A DNA stretch of 64,000 nucleotides, from the NCBI RefSeq assembly GCF_964213995.1, contig NW_027590119.1:248001-312000 (forward strand). The letters run 5' to 3'. Below are positions 12,950-24,410 of the stretch, piece by piece (positions within the stretch are counted from its first letter, which is position 1; each line of letters starts with the position of its first letter). Source of the DNA: Mustelus asterias (Eukaryota). Made by a program: the position numbers and the translations under genes. A model generated the notes under the pieces. That model had not been told where the DNA came from. It searched no databases and saw only the letters and a program-made list of their open reading frames with translations.

Positions 12950-13247
12950 AGTGGCCAACTTCCGCATTGAGACGTCACAATGGAGCGCTGCCTGAATCAG
13001 CCAATAGGAATTACTCGGCTCCGCAGTGACGTTGCGGGGTTCCATGGCGCAGGCCCGGCTCGCGGACCCGGGAGCCCCACCCATTGTTCCCCCTCCCCCT
13101 GCACCTCCTCCAGCCAAGGTTTCCAGGCAACCGGCTGGCGGCTCCGGCCAGAGCGAGAAGCCGCTCGGTGATCTCCCCCTCCCCCCTCTCTCTGCAGCGG
13201 CTGCTGCTCCAAAAAGAGATCGAGAGCGGACCGCTGGCGGCAGCCGC
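12950..13247. promoter_or_regulatory. CpG-island promoter, probably bidirectional between divergent ZNF genes
   Basis: CpG-rich; GACGTCA 12971, CCAAT 13001, GTGACGT ~13026, RFX-like GTTTCCAGGCAAC 13119; paralogous to 46175-46410 with motifs conserved. Confidence 0.7.
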
Positions 13248-13562
13248 ACTGCGCCTGCTCCGGACAGCTGGGCTCAGCAGCGCTCTCTGCGCCTGCTCCG
13301 GACAGCTGGGCTCAGCATCGCTCTCTGCGCCTGCTCCGGACAGCTCGGCTCAGCAGCGCTCTCTGCGCCTGCTCCGGACAGCTCGGCTCAGCAGCGCTCT
13401 CTGCGCCTGCTCCGGACAGCTCGGCTCAGCAGCGCTCTCTGCGCCTGCTCCGGACAGCTCGGCTCAGCAGCGCTCTCTGCGCCTGCTCCGGACAGCTCGG
13501 CTCAGCAGCGCTCTCTGCGCCTGCTCCGGACAGCTCGGCTCAGCAGCACTCTCTGCGCCTGC
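13248..13562. repeat. 38-bp GC-rich minisatellite, ~8 copies
   Basis: Unit CTGCGCCTGCTCCGGACAGCTCGGCTCAGCAGCGCTCT; CGGAC recurs at 13261, 13299, ... 13527. Confidence 0.97.
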
Positions 13563-13674
13563 GTGCTGGGCTGCCAGCTGAGGGAGTGGGGGAGGGGACT
13601 TTGCAAAATCTCTTCCCATCATTTTCTTCCAAGTCCCGCAGTTTGGTTTGAAACAGAACAGCTTCTGTTTGTAG

Positions 13675-14236
13675 CTTCACCACAGACTCAAACTTCACAC
13701 ACAGACTCAAACTTCACACACAGACTCAAACTTCACACACAGACTCCAACTTCACACACAGACTCAAACTTCACACACAGACTCAAACTTCACCACAGAC
13801 TCCAACTTCACCACAGACTCAAACTTCACACACAGACTCCAACTTCACACACAGACTCAAACTTCACACACAGACTCCAACTTCACACACAGACTCAAAC
13901 TTCACCACAGACTCCAACTTCACCACAGACTCAAACTTCACACACAGACTCAAACTTCACACACAGACTCAAACTTCACACACAGACTCCAACTTCACCA
14001 CAGACTCAAACTTCACACACAGACTCAAACTTCACACACAGACTCAAACTTCACCACAGACTCAAACTTCACCACAGACTCAAACTTCACCACAGACTCA
14101 AACTTCACCACAGACTCAAACTTCACCACAGACTCAAACTTCACCACACACTCAAACTTCACACACAGACTCAAACTTCACACACAGACTCAAACTTCAC
14201 CACAGACTCAAACTTCACACACAGACTCAAACTTCA
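13675..14236. repeat. 18/19-bp minisatellite, ~30 copies
   Basis: Units CTTCACACACAGACTCAAA and CTTCACCACAGACTCAAA interspersed. Confidence 0.97.
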
Positions 14237-14754
14237 TCCTCTGGACAACATCGGATTTCTCATTTGATGTTTTTAAGTTTCCTTTGTACTTTGATTTCTG
14301 TTCGGGCTGTTCCCCCTCCTTTTTGGGGAGCTGCCCCTTTTACTTTGTCCTGATTTAATCTGAGTTTGTTTACTTGGTTTGACCTAAAAAGAGGACAACA
14401 TCTGTGAGGAAAACACTTTCTTTCCCCCCCTGGGAAATACAGAGACAGAGAAATTCTCTGGAACTGGAATTAGAGCTAAATATACTGAGGGGGGAAATGT
14501 TTGTGAATTTGTGGAACCTGTTTTTATTGTCTGAGCTTTTTAAAGTGTAATTTATCTTGTCTATTCAAATACTGTTTCTTAATGAATGATTCAGTGATGT
14601 TAATTTTAGATTAATTTTGAAAGTAAAAATGTTTAAAAATGAAACATTGTCTTTTAGTTTATTCTATTGTGATTTGTGGGAATTTGTTTATTATAAGGTG
14701 ACCATGAGGATCGTAACAATATTGATATGTCTGGTTTTTGTATATGCTGCATAT

Positions 14755-14895
14755 GATGTGGAGATGCCGGTGTTGGACTGGGGTGGGCACAGTAAGAAGT
14801 CTCACAACACCTGGTTAAAGTCCAACAGGTTTATTTGGAATCATGAGCTTTCAGAGCGCTGTTCCTTCTCACCTGATGTTGTGAGACTTCTTACT
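14755..14895. mobile_element. Penelope-derived mini-element (family A) with truncated hammerhead
   Basis: GATGTGGAGATGCCGG...GTTAAAGTCCAACAGG end; short inverted terminus TGTTGTGAGACTTCTTACT. Confidence 0.65.
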
Positions 14896-15587
14896 ATATG
14901 GTGCATATTAGGTATGTTATTTATGGATTTGTATTACAGTTGATGTTGTTTAATTCCAGAATAGTATTGTAACTACTCTGTATATTTTCCAGTCAAAGAG
15001 TCATCAGAGCAGAAGATAAATCAATTCAGCAGCTTGAGTCCGTGCCAAGTCTCTGTCGGGGAATCCACTCAGTGCCATTTTTCCTCGATATCCCTGTTCC
15101 CCAGTACATTTAATTCCTTCAAGTGCCCGACCAATTTTATTTTGAAATCACTGGTCGTCTCCACTTCCACCACTCTCATTGTCAGTGAGTTCCAGAACAT
15201 GATTGCTTGCTCCCTAAGTCAAGTTCTTCCGCACCCATCTGTATCTCTAATCATGTAATAGAGTGCTGAATATTGCATACATTTTTAGTCCACTAAATAT
15301 GCAAATTTTTTATATTCTTAGACACAAGCCTGTGTGAAGATTTCAGGAATATGTGTCCTGTACATGAAACAGTCAGCACAGATCTGTCGATTAGGATGAA
15401 TCAGCACCCTCAGGACAATGTCTATTTCAGGTCCAGCAAAAAGTGAGAATGGAGGGAGAGTGTTTGGGATGGAGATTTACAAATTTTCAAGAATGAGAGG
15501 AAAGAATGTTTCACAGAAACTAGAATTGTCTGTTCTGAGTTTTTATCCTGGACTGGCAGCAATGATTTTTGTGAATTTCTTTCACAG

Positions 15588-16415
15588 GCTATTAGAAGGG
15601 GAGAATTTACAGACACAAATCTCAACAAACATGACGTTAGGATCTGACAGAGTCACCCAATTATTCAGGATCTGAATACCATCGGCATTTGAAACTAGAG
15701 TAGGAAATGTTTGTCTGTCCCTTCAAACTGTTTAAACATCAGTGTGACTGGAAAATCACTGAGACACAGACACTCGAGTGAGAGTATTCCAGTGAACTGA
15801 CTGTGGAAAGAGCTTTAACCAGTTACACAGCCTGGAAAAGATTGAAGGATTCACAGTGAGGAGAGAGACCATGTATGTGTTATCTGTGGGGTCAAACCTT
15901 CATCTGAACCTGGAGATGTACAAAGACACTCAGACCATGGAAATGTAGGGACTGTGGGAAGAGATTCAATTGTCCCTCGAAGCTGGAAACCCTTCGATGC
16001 AGCCACACTGTGGAATTACCGTTCACCTGCTCTGAGTTTGGAAGGGGATTTCGTGATTCATCCACCCTGAGGAATCACCAGCGACTTCACATCAGGGAGA
16101 GGCCATTCACCTGCTCTGAGTGTGGGAAGAAATTCAGCGATTCGTCTGCCCTGCTGACACACCAGCGGGTTCACAATGGGGAGAGACCATTCACCTGTTG
16201 TGTGTGTGGAAAGGGATTCACTCAGTCATCTACCCTGCAGAACCACCAGCGATTTCACACGGGTGAGGGACTGTTCCCCTGCTCAGAGCGTGGGGAGGGA
16301 TTCACTCACTCATCCCTCCCGCTGACAAACCAACGCATTCACACTGGGCTGAGGCCATTCATCTGCTCCGAGTGTGGGAAGGGATTCACTCAATTATCTA
16401 GTCTGCTGAGACACA
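15588..16415 (+). pseudogene. C2H2 zinc-finger pseudogene exon, truncated by CR1
   Basis: Acceptor TTCACAG|G at 15587/8, stops in 5' part, several fingers lacking Cys/His (CSEF, CSER), ends at LINE tail. Confidence 0.85.
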
Positions 16416-16498
16416 AACAAAGAACGAAGAACAAAGAACAGTACAACACAGGAAACAGGCCCTTCGGCCCTCCAAGCCTGTGCCGCTCCTTGGTCTAA

Positions 16499-19431
16499 CT
16501 AGACCAATCGTTTGAATCCCTCCATTCCCAGGCTGCTCTTGTGACTATCCAGGTAAGTCTTAAACGATGTCAGCGTGCCTGCCTCCACCACCCTACTTGG
16601 CAGCGCATTCCAGGCCCCCACCACCCTCTGTGTAAAAAACATCCCTCTAATATCTGAGTTATACTTCGCCCCTCTCACCTTGAGCCCGTGACCCCTCGTG
16701 ATCGTCACCTCCGACCTGGGAAAAAGCTTCCCACTGTTCACCCTATCTATCCCCTCCATAATCTTGTACACCTCTATTAGATCTCCCCTCATTCTCCGTC
16801 TTTCCAGGGAGAACAAGCCCAGTTTACCCAATCTCTCCTCATAGCTAAGACCCTCCATACCAGGCAACATCCTGGTAAACCTTCTCTGCACTCTCTCTAA
16901 CGCCTCCACGTCCTTCTGGTAGTGCGGCGACCAGAACTGGACGCAGTACTCCAAATGTGGCCGAACCAGCGTTCTATACAGCTGCATCATCAGACTCCAG
17001 CTTTTATACTCTATACTCCGTCCTATAAAGGCAAGCATACCATATGCCTTCTTCACCACCTTCTCCACCTGTGTTGCCACCTTCAAGGATTTGTGGACTT
17101 GCACACTTAGGTCCCTCTGTGTTTCTATACTCCTGATGACTCTGCCATTTATTGTATAACTCCTCCCTACATTATTTCTTCCAAAATGCATCACTTCGCA
17201 TTTATCCGGATTAAACTCCATCTGCCACCTCTCCGCCCAATTTTCCAGCCTATCTATATCTTGCTGTATTGCCCGACAATGCTCTTCGCTATCCGCAAGT
17301 CCAGCCATCTTCGTGTCATCCGCAAACTTGCTGATTACACCAGTTACACCTTCTTCCAAATCATTTATATATATCACAAATAGCAGAGGTCCCAGTACAG
17401 AGCCCTGCGGAACACCACTGGTCACAGACCTCCAGCCGGAAAAAGACCCTTCGACCACTACCCTCTGTCTCCTATGGCCAAGCCAGTTCTCCACCCATCT
17501 AGCCACTTCTCCTTGTATCCCATGAGCCTTAACCTTCTTAACCAACCTGCCATGTGGGACTTTGTCAAATGCCTTACTGAAATCCATATAGACGACATCC
17601 ACGGCCCTTCCTTCATCAACCGTTTTTGTCACTTCCTCAAAAAACTCCACCAAATTTGTACGGCACGACCTCCCTCTTACAAAACCATGCTGTCTGTCAC
17701 TAATGAGATTGTTCCATTCTAAATGCACATACATCCTGTCTCTAAGAATCCTCTCCAACAACTTCCCTACCACGGACGTCAAGCTCACCGGCCTATAATT
17801 TCCTGGGTTATCCCTGCTACCCTTCTTAAACAATGGGACCACATTCGCTATCCTCCAATCCTCAGGGACCTCACCCGTGTCCAAAGAAGCGACAAAGATT
17901 TCCGTCAGAGGCCCAGCAATTTCACCTCTCGTCTCCCTGAGCAGTCGAGGATAGATGCCATCAGGCCCTGGGGCTTTGTCAGTTTTAATGTTCCCTAAAA
18001 AACCTAACACTTCCTCTCTTGTAATGGAGATTTTCTCTAACGGGTCAACACCTCCCTCCGAGACACTCCCGGTTAACACGCCCCTCTCCTTCGTGAATAC
18101 CGATGCAAAGTATTCATTTAGGATCTCCCCTATTCCCTTGGGTTCTAAGCATAATTCCCCTCCTTTGTCCCTGAGAGGTCCAATTTTCTCCCTGACAACT
18201 CTTTTGTTCCTAACGTATGAATAGAATGCCTTAGGATTCTCCTTAATCCTGCCTGCCAAGAACATCTTGTGACCTCTTTTTGCCCTTCTAACTCCCCGTT
18301 TGAGATCTTTCCTACTCTCTCTGTATTCCTCCAGAGCTCCATCTGTTTTCAATTGCCTGGACTTAACGTACGCCTCCCTTTTCATTTTAATCAGATCCTC
18401 AATTTCCCTGGTTATCCACGGCTCTCGAATCCTACCTTTCCTATCTTTCCTTTTTACAGGCACATGCCTATCCTGCAGCCTTATCAATAGTTCCTTAAAA
18501 GACTCCCACATGCCAGACGCGGACTTACCCTCGAACATCCTCTCCCAATCAACATCCACCAATTCCTGCCTAATCCGGCTATAGTCAGCCTTCCCCCAAT
18601 TTAGCACCCTGCCCATAGGACAGCACTCATCCTTGTCCATGACTATCCTAAAGTTAACAGAGTTGTGGTCACTATTTGCCACATGTTCCCCTACCGAAAC
18701 TTTGACGACCTGACCGGGCTCATTTCCCAGAACTAGGTCCAGTATAGCCCCCTCTCTAGTCGGGCTATCTACATACTGTTCCAAAGAACCTTCCAGTACG
18801 CATTTTACAAATTCCTCCCCATCCGGTCCCCCAGCTCTCAGCACTTTCCAGTCTGTGCCAGGGAAATTAAAGTCCCCCACTACAACAACCCTATGTTTTC
18901 TGCACCTATCCAGAATCTCCTGACATATCCTCTCCTCCACTTCCCGTGGGCTGTTGGGTGGTCTGTAGTACACCCCCAGCATAGTGATGCACCCTTCCTG
19001 TTTCTGAGTTCCACCCACAGCGACTCAGTACATGACCCCTCTAAGTTGTCTACCCTCTGCACCGCGGTAATATGCTCCTTAACTAATATCGCTACTCCCC
19101 CACCTTTTTTAGCCCCTCCTCTGTCTCGCCTAAAACACTTATACCCCAGAATATTCAGCTGCCAGTCCTGTCCTTCTTTTAACCAAGTTTCCGTCACCGC
19201 AACCACATCCAAATTCCGCACAAGCATTAAGGCCCTAAGTTCGTCTGTTTTACCCGTTACACTCCTCGCATTGAAGCAGATGCACTCCAGACCTCCAGGC
19301 CCAGTCAGGTCCTCCTCCTCCAGAGTGCTCGTCTTCTTAGCTAGCCTTGCCCTGGCCCCCAGCTCGACCCCAGCCTCAGTATTTACTGACCTCCTGTTTT
19401 GTTCCCCACCCCCCTGCCACACTAGTTTAAA
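16499..19431 (-). pseudogene. CR1 ORF2 (APE endonuclease + RT) with one 1-nt frameshift at ~18989
   Basis: [32 protein letters not shown]; break between NRKGA and ITMLGVYYRPP. Confidence 0.92.
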
Positions 19432-20450
19432 TCCTGCCGAAACACTCTAGCAAAACTCCCAGCCAGGATATTTGCTCCCTTCCAGTTAAGGTGTAACCCA
19501 TCCTTTCTGTACAGTTGCCATCCTGACTTGAAGATTTCCCAGTTATCTATGAATTTAAAACCCTCCCTCTTGCACCAGTCCTTTAGCCACGCGTTCAACT
19601 GTAGAATCTCCCTGTTCCGAGCCTCACTTGCACTAGGCACCGGGAGCAGTCCAGATATTGCTACCCTGGAGGTCTTACTTTTTAGCCTAGCACCCAACTC
19701 CCTGAATTTCTCTCGTATGACCCCCCTGCTCTTCCTACCTACATCATTTCCCCCAATGTGTACAATCACATCCGTTTGACTACCTTCCTTTTTAAATATG
19801 CTTCCTACCCTCTCGGAGACATCCAGTACCCCGGCACCAGGGAGGCAGACTACCATCCTGGATTCTCGTTCAGTCCCACAGAAGCGCCTGTCCGTGCCTC
19901 TAACCATTGCGTCCCCCACAACTATCGCTCTCCTAAACCCCTTCTTTCCCTTCCGGACCCCTGAGCCTGTCTCCGTGGAGGCGATCTGGTCCTCGTGGCT
20001 TACCCCTGGAGGGTCATCCCCCTCCACAGAATCCAAAACAAGATACCTATTTTGGAGGGGGACAACCACAGGGGATCCCTCCACAGACTGCTCACTCCCT
20101 TCCCTTCTCCCATCTGTTGCCGATTCCTTTCTTTTATGGGAGACTGCCACTGGGGTACTTTCTGGCACATCACCCTTCTGACTATTACCCCTCCTAACTG
20201 TGACCCACGTGTCTTCCTTCCGAGACCCTGGTGTCACTACCTGACTATAACTTTTATCTATTACTCTCTCATTTTCCCTAACTAAACTGAGTTCATCGAG
20301 CCTCAGCTCCAGCTCCCTTACACGATCCTTCAGGAGATGCAGTTCCACACATGTGGCACAGATATGGACTTCCGGGAGGCAAGTAGTCTCCAGGAACTCC
20401 CACATCTCACACCGAATGCAGTATACTGGCCTCCCACTCATACCAGCCAT
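19422..20450 (-). CDS. CR1 ORF1p (CxxC-CxxC/leucine zipper + SGNH esterase-like domain)
   Basis: CIRC..CATC, LKDRVRELE zipper, GDAMVR, GGND and DGLHLN SGNH blocks; open frame. Confidence 0.92.
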   Translation of the reverse strand: MAGMSGRPVYCIRCEMWEFLETTCLPEVHICATCVELHLLKDRVRELELRLDELSLVRENERVIDKSYSQVVTPGSRKEDTWVTVRRGNSQKGDVPESTPVAVSHKRKESATDGRREGSEQSVEGSPVVVPLQNRYLVLDSVEGDDPPGVSHEDQIASTETGSGVRKGKKGFRRAIVVGDAMVRGTDRRFCGTERESRMVVCLPGAGVLDVSERVGSIFKKEGSQTDVIVHIGGNDVGRKSRGVIREKFRELGARLKSKTSRVAISGLLPVPSASEARNREILQLNAWLKDWCKREGFKFIDNWEIFKSGWQLYRKDGLHLNWKGANILAGSFARVFRQDLN

Positions 20451-21404
20451 GTCCTTTTTAGTTTTGTGGATAAAACAAAAAGGGGGTGTAACCGAAGAAA
20501 AACAAACAAACAACCTTCCTCGCTGAAGCCCTGTGAGCCAAAGCCCTTTTAGCTCTCACTCTGTCCCCTGCTCACTCCGCTGCCCGCTAACGACGCTGCC
20601 CGCTCAAAGGTGCGGCCTACTTTTAAACCCTCCAAAACCTTCCCAGGCTGCTGCTGGGCCTATTTCCTGTTTAGAAAAAAAACCTCCGATTTTTTTCACT
20701 AATTTAACTGAAAAAATAATTAAATAAATTAGTGCACACACAAGCTCCCTTACCCTCAGCCTGCTCCTGTGGAACAATGAGACAGTCATTCTGTCTCTCT
20801 CTCGGTTTAACTCTCTTTCCTTCGAACTCAATGTCGGTATATTTCTTTAGGTAGATCTTTCCCCGAATTAAGGTGAAAAATGAAGCAAATAATTTGACGC
20901 CTGTCGAATACACAAGTACTGAGTGCCCAGTGCAAGAGGATAATTAATAGATACCGTTTTAAGTACACCGGGAAAATGTAATCACCCAACTCAGAATTGA
21001 GATGCGGTTCGACTGGGAATACATTGATTTCAGTCAGTCAATATTATTAACCCAGCAACTTCAACATGTGACAACTCTGAGTCTGCCTTTGATATTTGAT
21101 CACTTTTGAAAGGTGTGGTCTGTCACAGTTAACTGATCTGGAGCATTTAAAATACAGATTGATGACCTTGTTCTCCTGAGAGATCTGCGGGTTTGTGTGA
21201 ATGGGATCGGGGAATGATTGGACTTGATCTGATAGTAATATGAGTAAAAATATCTCAAATTTACCAACAGTGACAATTATTGACCTCAGTGAGGGAAAAC
21301 ACTCAGGTGGGGCTGTATTGTCACGTTCACTATGGGTAACATTTCTCTGATTTTTGATCCCATGTGTTGTCCTGACAGTGAACCATTGATTATCGACCTG
21401 TGCC

Positions 21405-21443
21405 AGTTTTTGTATGAGGCCCGCGGGAGCCTCATTCACTGTG
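21405..21443 (-). promoter_or_regulatory. V(D)J recombination signal sequence, 23-bp spacer
   Basis: Minus strand CACAGTG (21443-21437) + 23 nt + ACAAAAACT (21413-21405) directly after the YYCALR codons. Confidence 0.93.
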
Positions 21444-21753
21444 GGTCTGAGTGCACAGTAATACACGGCGTTGTCTGCCATCTTCAAATCTTTCATGGAC
21501 AAGTGAAAAGTGCTTTGTTTAAGGTTGAGATTCTCATTGAAGTGTTCAAAGCCGGGAGCCGTATCGGTAAACCCATAACTAGCGGCTCTGAGCAGATACT
21601 GAGGAGCTCGGTGTGGATACTGGCGATACCAGAACAGGTAATGTTGTGTAGCTGAACTCGATGCAAAGTAACTGCAGGGTATTGCTGAATCTTCACCCTC
21701 TGCTGCTTCACAACTGGTTCTGACTGGGACACTGAGTCACCGTTACTCATCTC
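21444..21753 (-). pseudogene. T-cell receptor alpha/delta-type V segment exon (1-nt frameshift in FR1)
   Basis: Reconstructed GDSVSQSEPVV/AAEGEDSAIPCSYF...YLFWYRQYPHRAPQYLL...STFHLSMKDLKMADNAVYYCALR; frameshift ~21708. Confidence 0.9.
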
Positions 21754-24410
21754 ATGGCCCAAAAGTTAAAATTCTAAATTGGGGCAAGGCGAATTTTGAT
21801 GGTATCAGGCAGGAACTTTCAAAAGTTAATTGGAGGAGTCTGTGGGAAGGCAAAGGGACGTCTGGTAAGTGGCAAGCTTTCAAAAGTGTGTTAATCAGGG
21901 TTCAGGGTAAGCACAGTCCTCTTAGAGTGAAGAGCAAGGCTGGTAGACGGAGGGAACCCTGGATGACTCTGGATATTGAGGCCCTGGTCAAGAAGAAGAA
22001 AGGGGCACATGACATGCATAGGCACTGGGATCAAGTGAATCCCTTGAAGAGTATAGGGGGTACAGGAGTAGAGTTAAGAGAGAAATCAGGAGGGCAAAAA
22101 AGGGACACGAGATTGTTTTGGCAGATAAGGCAAAGGAGAATCCAAAGAGCTTCTAAAAATACATAAAAGGCAAAGGAGTAACAAGGGAGAGAGTAGAGCT
22201 TTTTAAGGATCAACAAGAACATCTATGTGCCGATCCACAGGGATGGGTGAGATCCTAAATGAGTATTTCTCATCAGTATTTACTGTTGAGAAAAGCATGG
22301 ATGTTAGTGAACTTGGGGAAATAAATAGTGATGTCTTGAGGAGTGTACATATTACAGAGAAAGAGATGCTGGAAGTCTTAAAGCGCATCAAGGTAGATAA
22401 ATCCCCGGGACCTGATGAGGTATATCCCAGGAAATTGCGGGTCCCCTAGCCGAGATATTTGAATCATCGATCGTCACGGGGTGAGGTGCCTGAAGATTGG
22501 AGAGTGGCAAATGTTGTGCCTTTGTTTAAGAAGGGCTTCAGGGAAAAGCCTGGGAACTACAGGCCGGCGAGCCTCACATTTGTGGTGGGTAAGTTGTTGG
22601 AAGGCATTTAGAGACGCAAGGACTGATTAGGAACATTCAGCATGGCTTTGATACCGGAGATGAGGGGTTTGGATTATGAGGAGAGGCTGAGGAGATTGGG
22701 TTTGTACTCGTTGGAGTTTAGAAGGATGAGGGGGGATCTTATGGAGACTTATAAGATAATGCGGGTGCTGGATAGGGTGGAGGCGGAGAGATTCTTTCCA
22801 CTTAGTAAGGAAGTTAAAACTAGAGGACACAGCCTCAAAATAAAGGGGGGTCGGTTTAAGACAGAGTTGAGGAGGAACTTCTTCTCCCAGAGGGTGGTGA
22901 ATCTCTGGAATTCTCTGCCCACTGAGGTGGTGGAGGTTACCTCGCTGAATATGTTTAAAGCGCGGATGGATGGATTCCTGATTGGTAAGGGAATTAAGGG
23001 TTATGGGGATCAGGCGGGTAAGTGGTACTGATCCACGTCAGATCAGCCATGATCTTATTGAATGGCGGGGCAGGCTCGAGGGGCTAGATGGCCTACTCCT
23101 GCTCCTATTTCTTATGTTCTTATGTTCTTTGTGAGTGGAAAATCATGTCTCACAAATTTGATTGAGTTTTTTGAAGGGGTCACCAAGATGGGGGCAGTGC
23201 AGTTGATGTTGTCTACATGGACTTTAGCAAGGCCTTTGACAAGGTACCGCATGGTAGGTTGTTGCATAAGGTTAAATCTCACGGGATCCAGGGTGAGGTA
23301 TCTAAATCGATACAAAAGTCGCTTCTTGACAGAAGCCAGAGTGTGGTTGTAGAGGGTTGTCTTTAAAACTGGAGGCCTGTGGCCAGCGGTATGCCTCAGG
23401 GATCAGTGCTGGGTCCACTGTTATTTGTCATGTATATTAATGATTTGGATGAGAATATAGGAGGCATGGTTCATAAGTTTGCAGATTACACCAAGATTGG
23501 TGGCATAGTGGACAGTGAAGAACGTTATCTCCGATTGCAACGGGATCTTGATCAATTGGACCAGTGAGCTGACGAATGGCAGATGGAGTTTAATTTAGAC
23601 AAATGCGAGGTGATGCATTTTGGTAGATTGAACCAGGGCAGGATTTACTCAGTCAATGGTAGGGCGTTGGGGAGAGTTACAGAACAAAGAGATCTAGGGG
23701 TACAGGTTGATAGCTCCTTGAAAGTGGAGTCACAGGTGGACAGAGTGGTGAAAAAGGCATCGGCATGCTTGGTTTCATTGGTCAGAACATTGAATACAGG
23801 AGTTGGGACATCTTGTTGAAGTTGGACAAGACATTGGTGAGGCCACACTTGGAATACTGTGTACAGTTCTGGTCACCCTATTGTAGAAAGGATATTATTA
23901 AACTGGAAAAGTGCAGAAAAGATTTACTAGGATGCTACCGGGACTTGATTGTTTGAGTTATAAGGAGAGGCTGGATAGACTGGGACTTTTTTCTCTGGAG
24001 CGTAGGACCCTGAGGGTGATCTTATAGAGGTCTATAAAATAATGAGGGGCACAGATCAGCTAGATAGTCAATATCTTTTCCCAAAGATAGGGAAGTCTAA
24101 AACCAGAGGACATAGATTTAGGGTGAGAGGGGAGAGATACAAAAGTTCCAGAGGGGCAATTTTTTCACACAGAGGGTGGTGAGTATCTGGAACAAGCTCC
24201 CAGAGGCTCGAGTAGTGGCGGGTACAATTTTGTCTTTTAAAAAGCATTTAGACAGTTACATGGGTACGATGGGTATAGAGGGATATGGGCCAAATGCGGG
24301 CAATTGGGATTAGTTTAGGGGTTCAAACAAAAAGGGCGGCATGGACAAGTTGGGCCGAAGGGCCAGTTTCTATGCTGTAATCCTCTGTGACTCTGTGACT
24401 CTATGACTCT
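21754..24410 (+). mobile_element. 5'-truncated CR1 LINE inserted into the 5' end of the V exon
   Basis: Starts GPKVKILNWGKANF, RT motifs, (CTCTATGA)n tail; ATCTC duplicated at 21749-21753 and 24411-24415. Confidence 0.93.
22651..23126 (+). mobile_element. Younger CR1 3' fragment nested in the previous LINE
   Basis: Splits host QHGF|VSGKSC codons; CTTTG duplicated at 22646-22650 and 23127-23131; (TTCTTATG)n tail. Confidence 0.9.

Larger units (their letters stand above)
16416..20781 (-). mobile_element. Near full-length CR1 LINE
   Basis: 5' UTR, ORF1, APE endonuclease + RT ORF2, (TTCTTTG)n-like tail at 16416-16440. Confidence 0.97.

Noticed and set aside
12960-13135. MHC-type S-X-Y enhanceosome
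   Set aside because: RFX-, CRE- and CCAAT-like motifs are present, but the X-like box is ~85 bp from the CRE rather than adjacent to it
13248-14236. CRISPR-like regular repeats
   Set aside because: Head-to-tail units without unique spacers, no cas genes, vertebrate DNA
13026-14267. 413-aa ORF
   Set aside because: Made of two stop-free minisatellites translated through rotating frames; no domain
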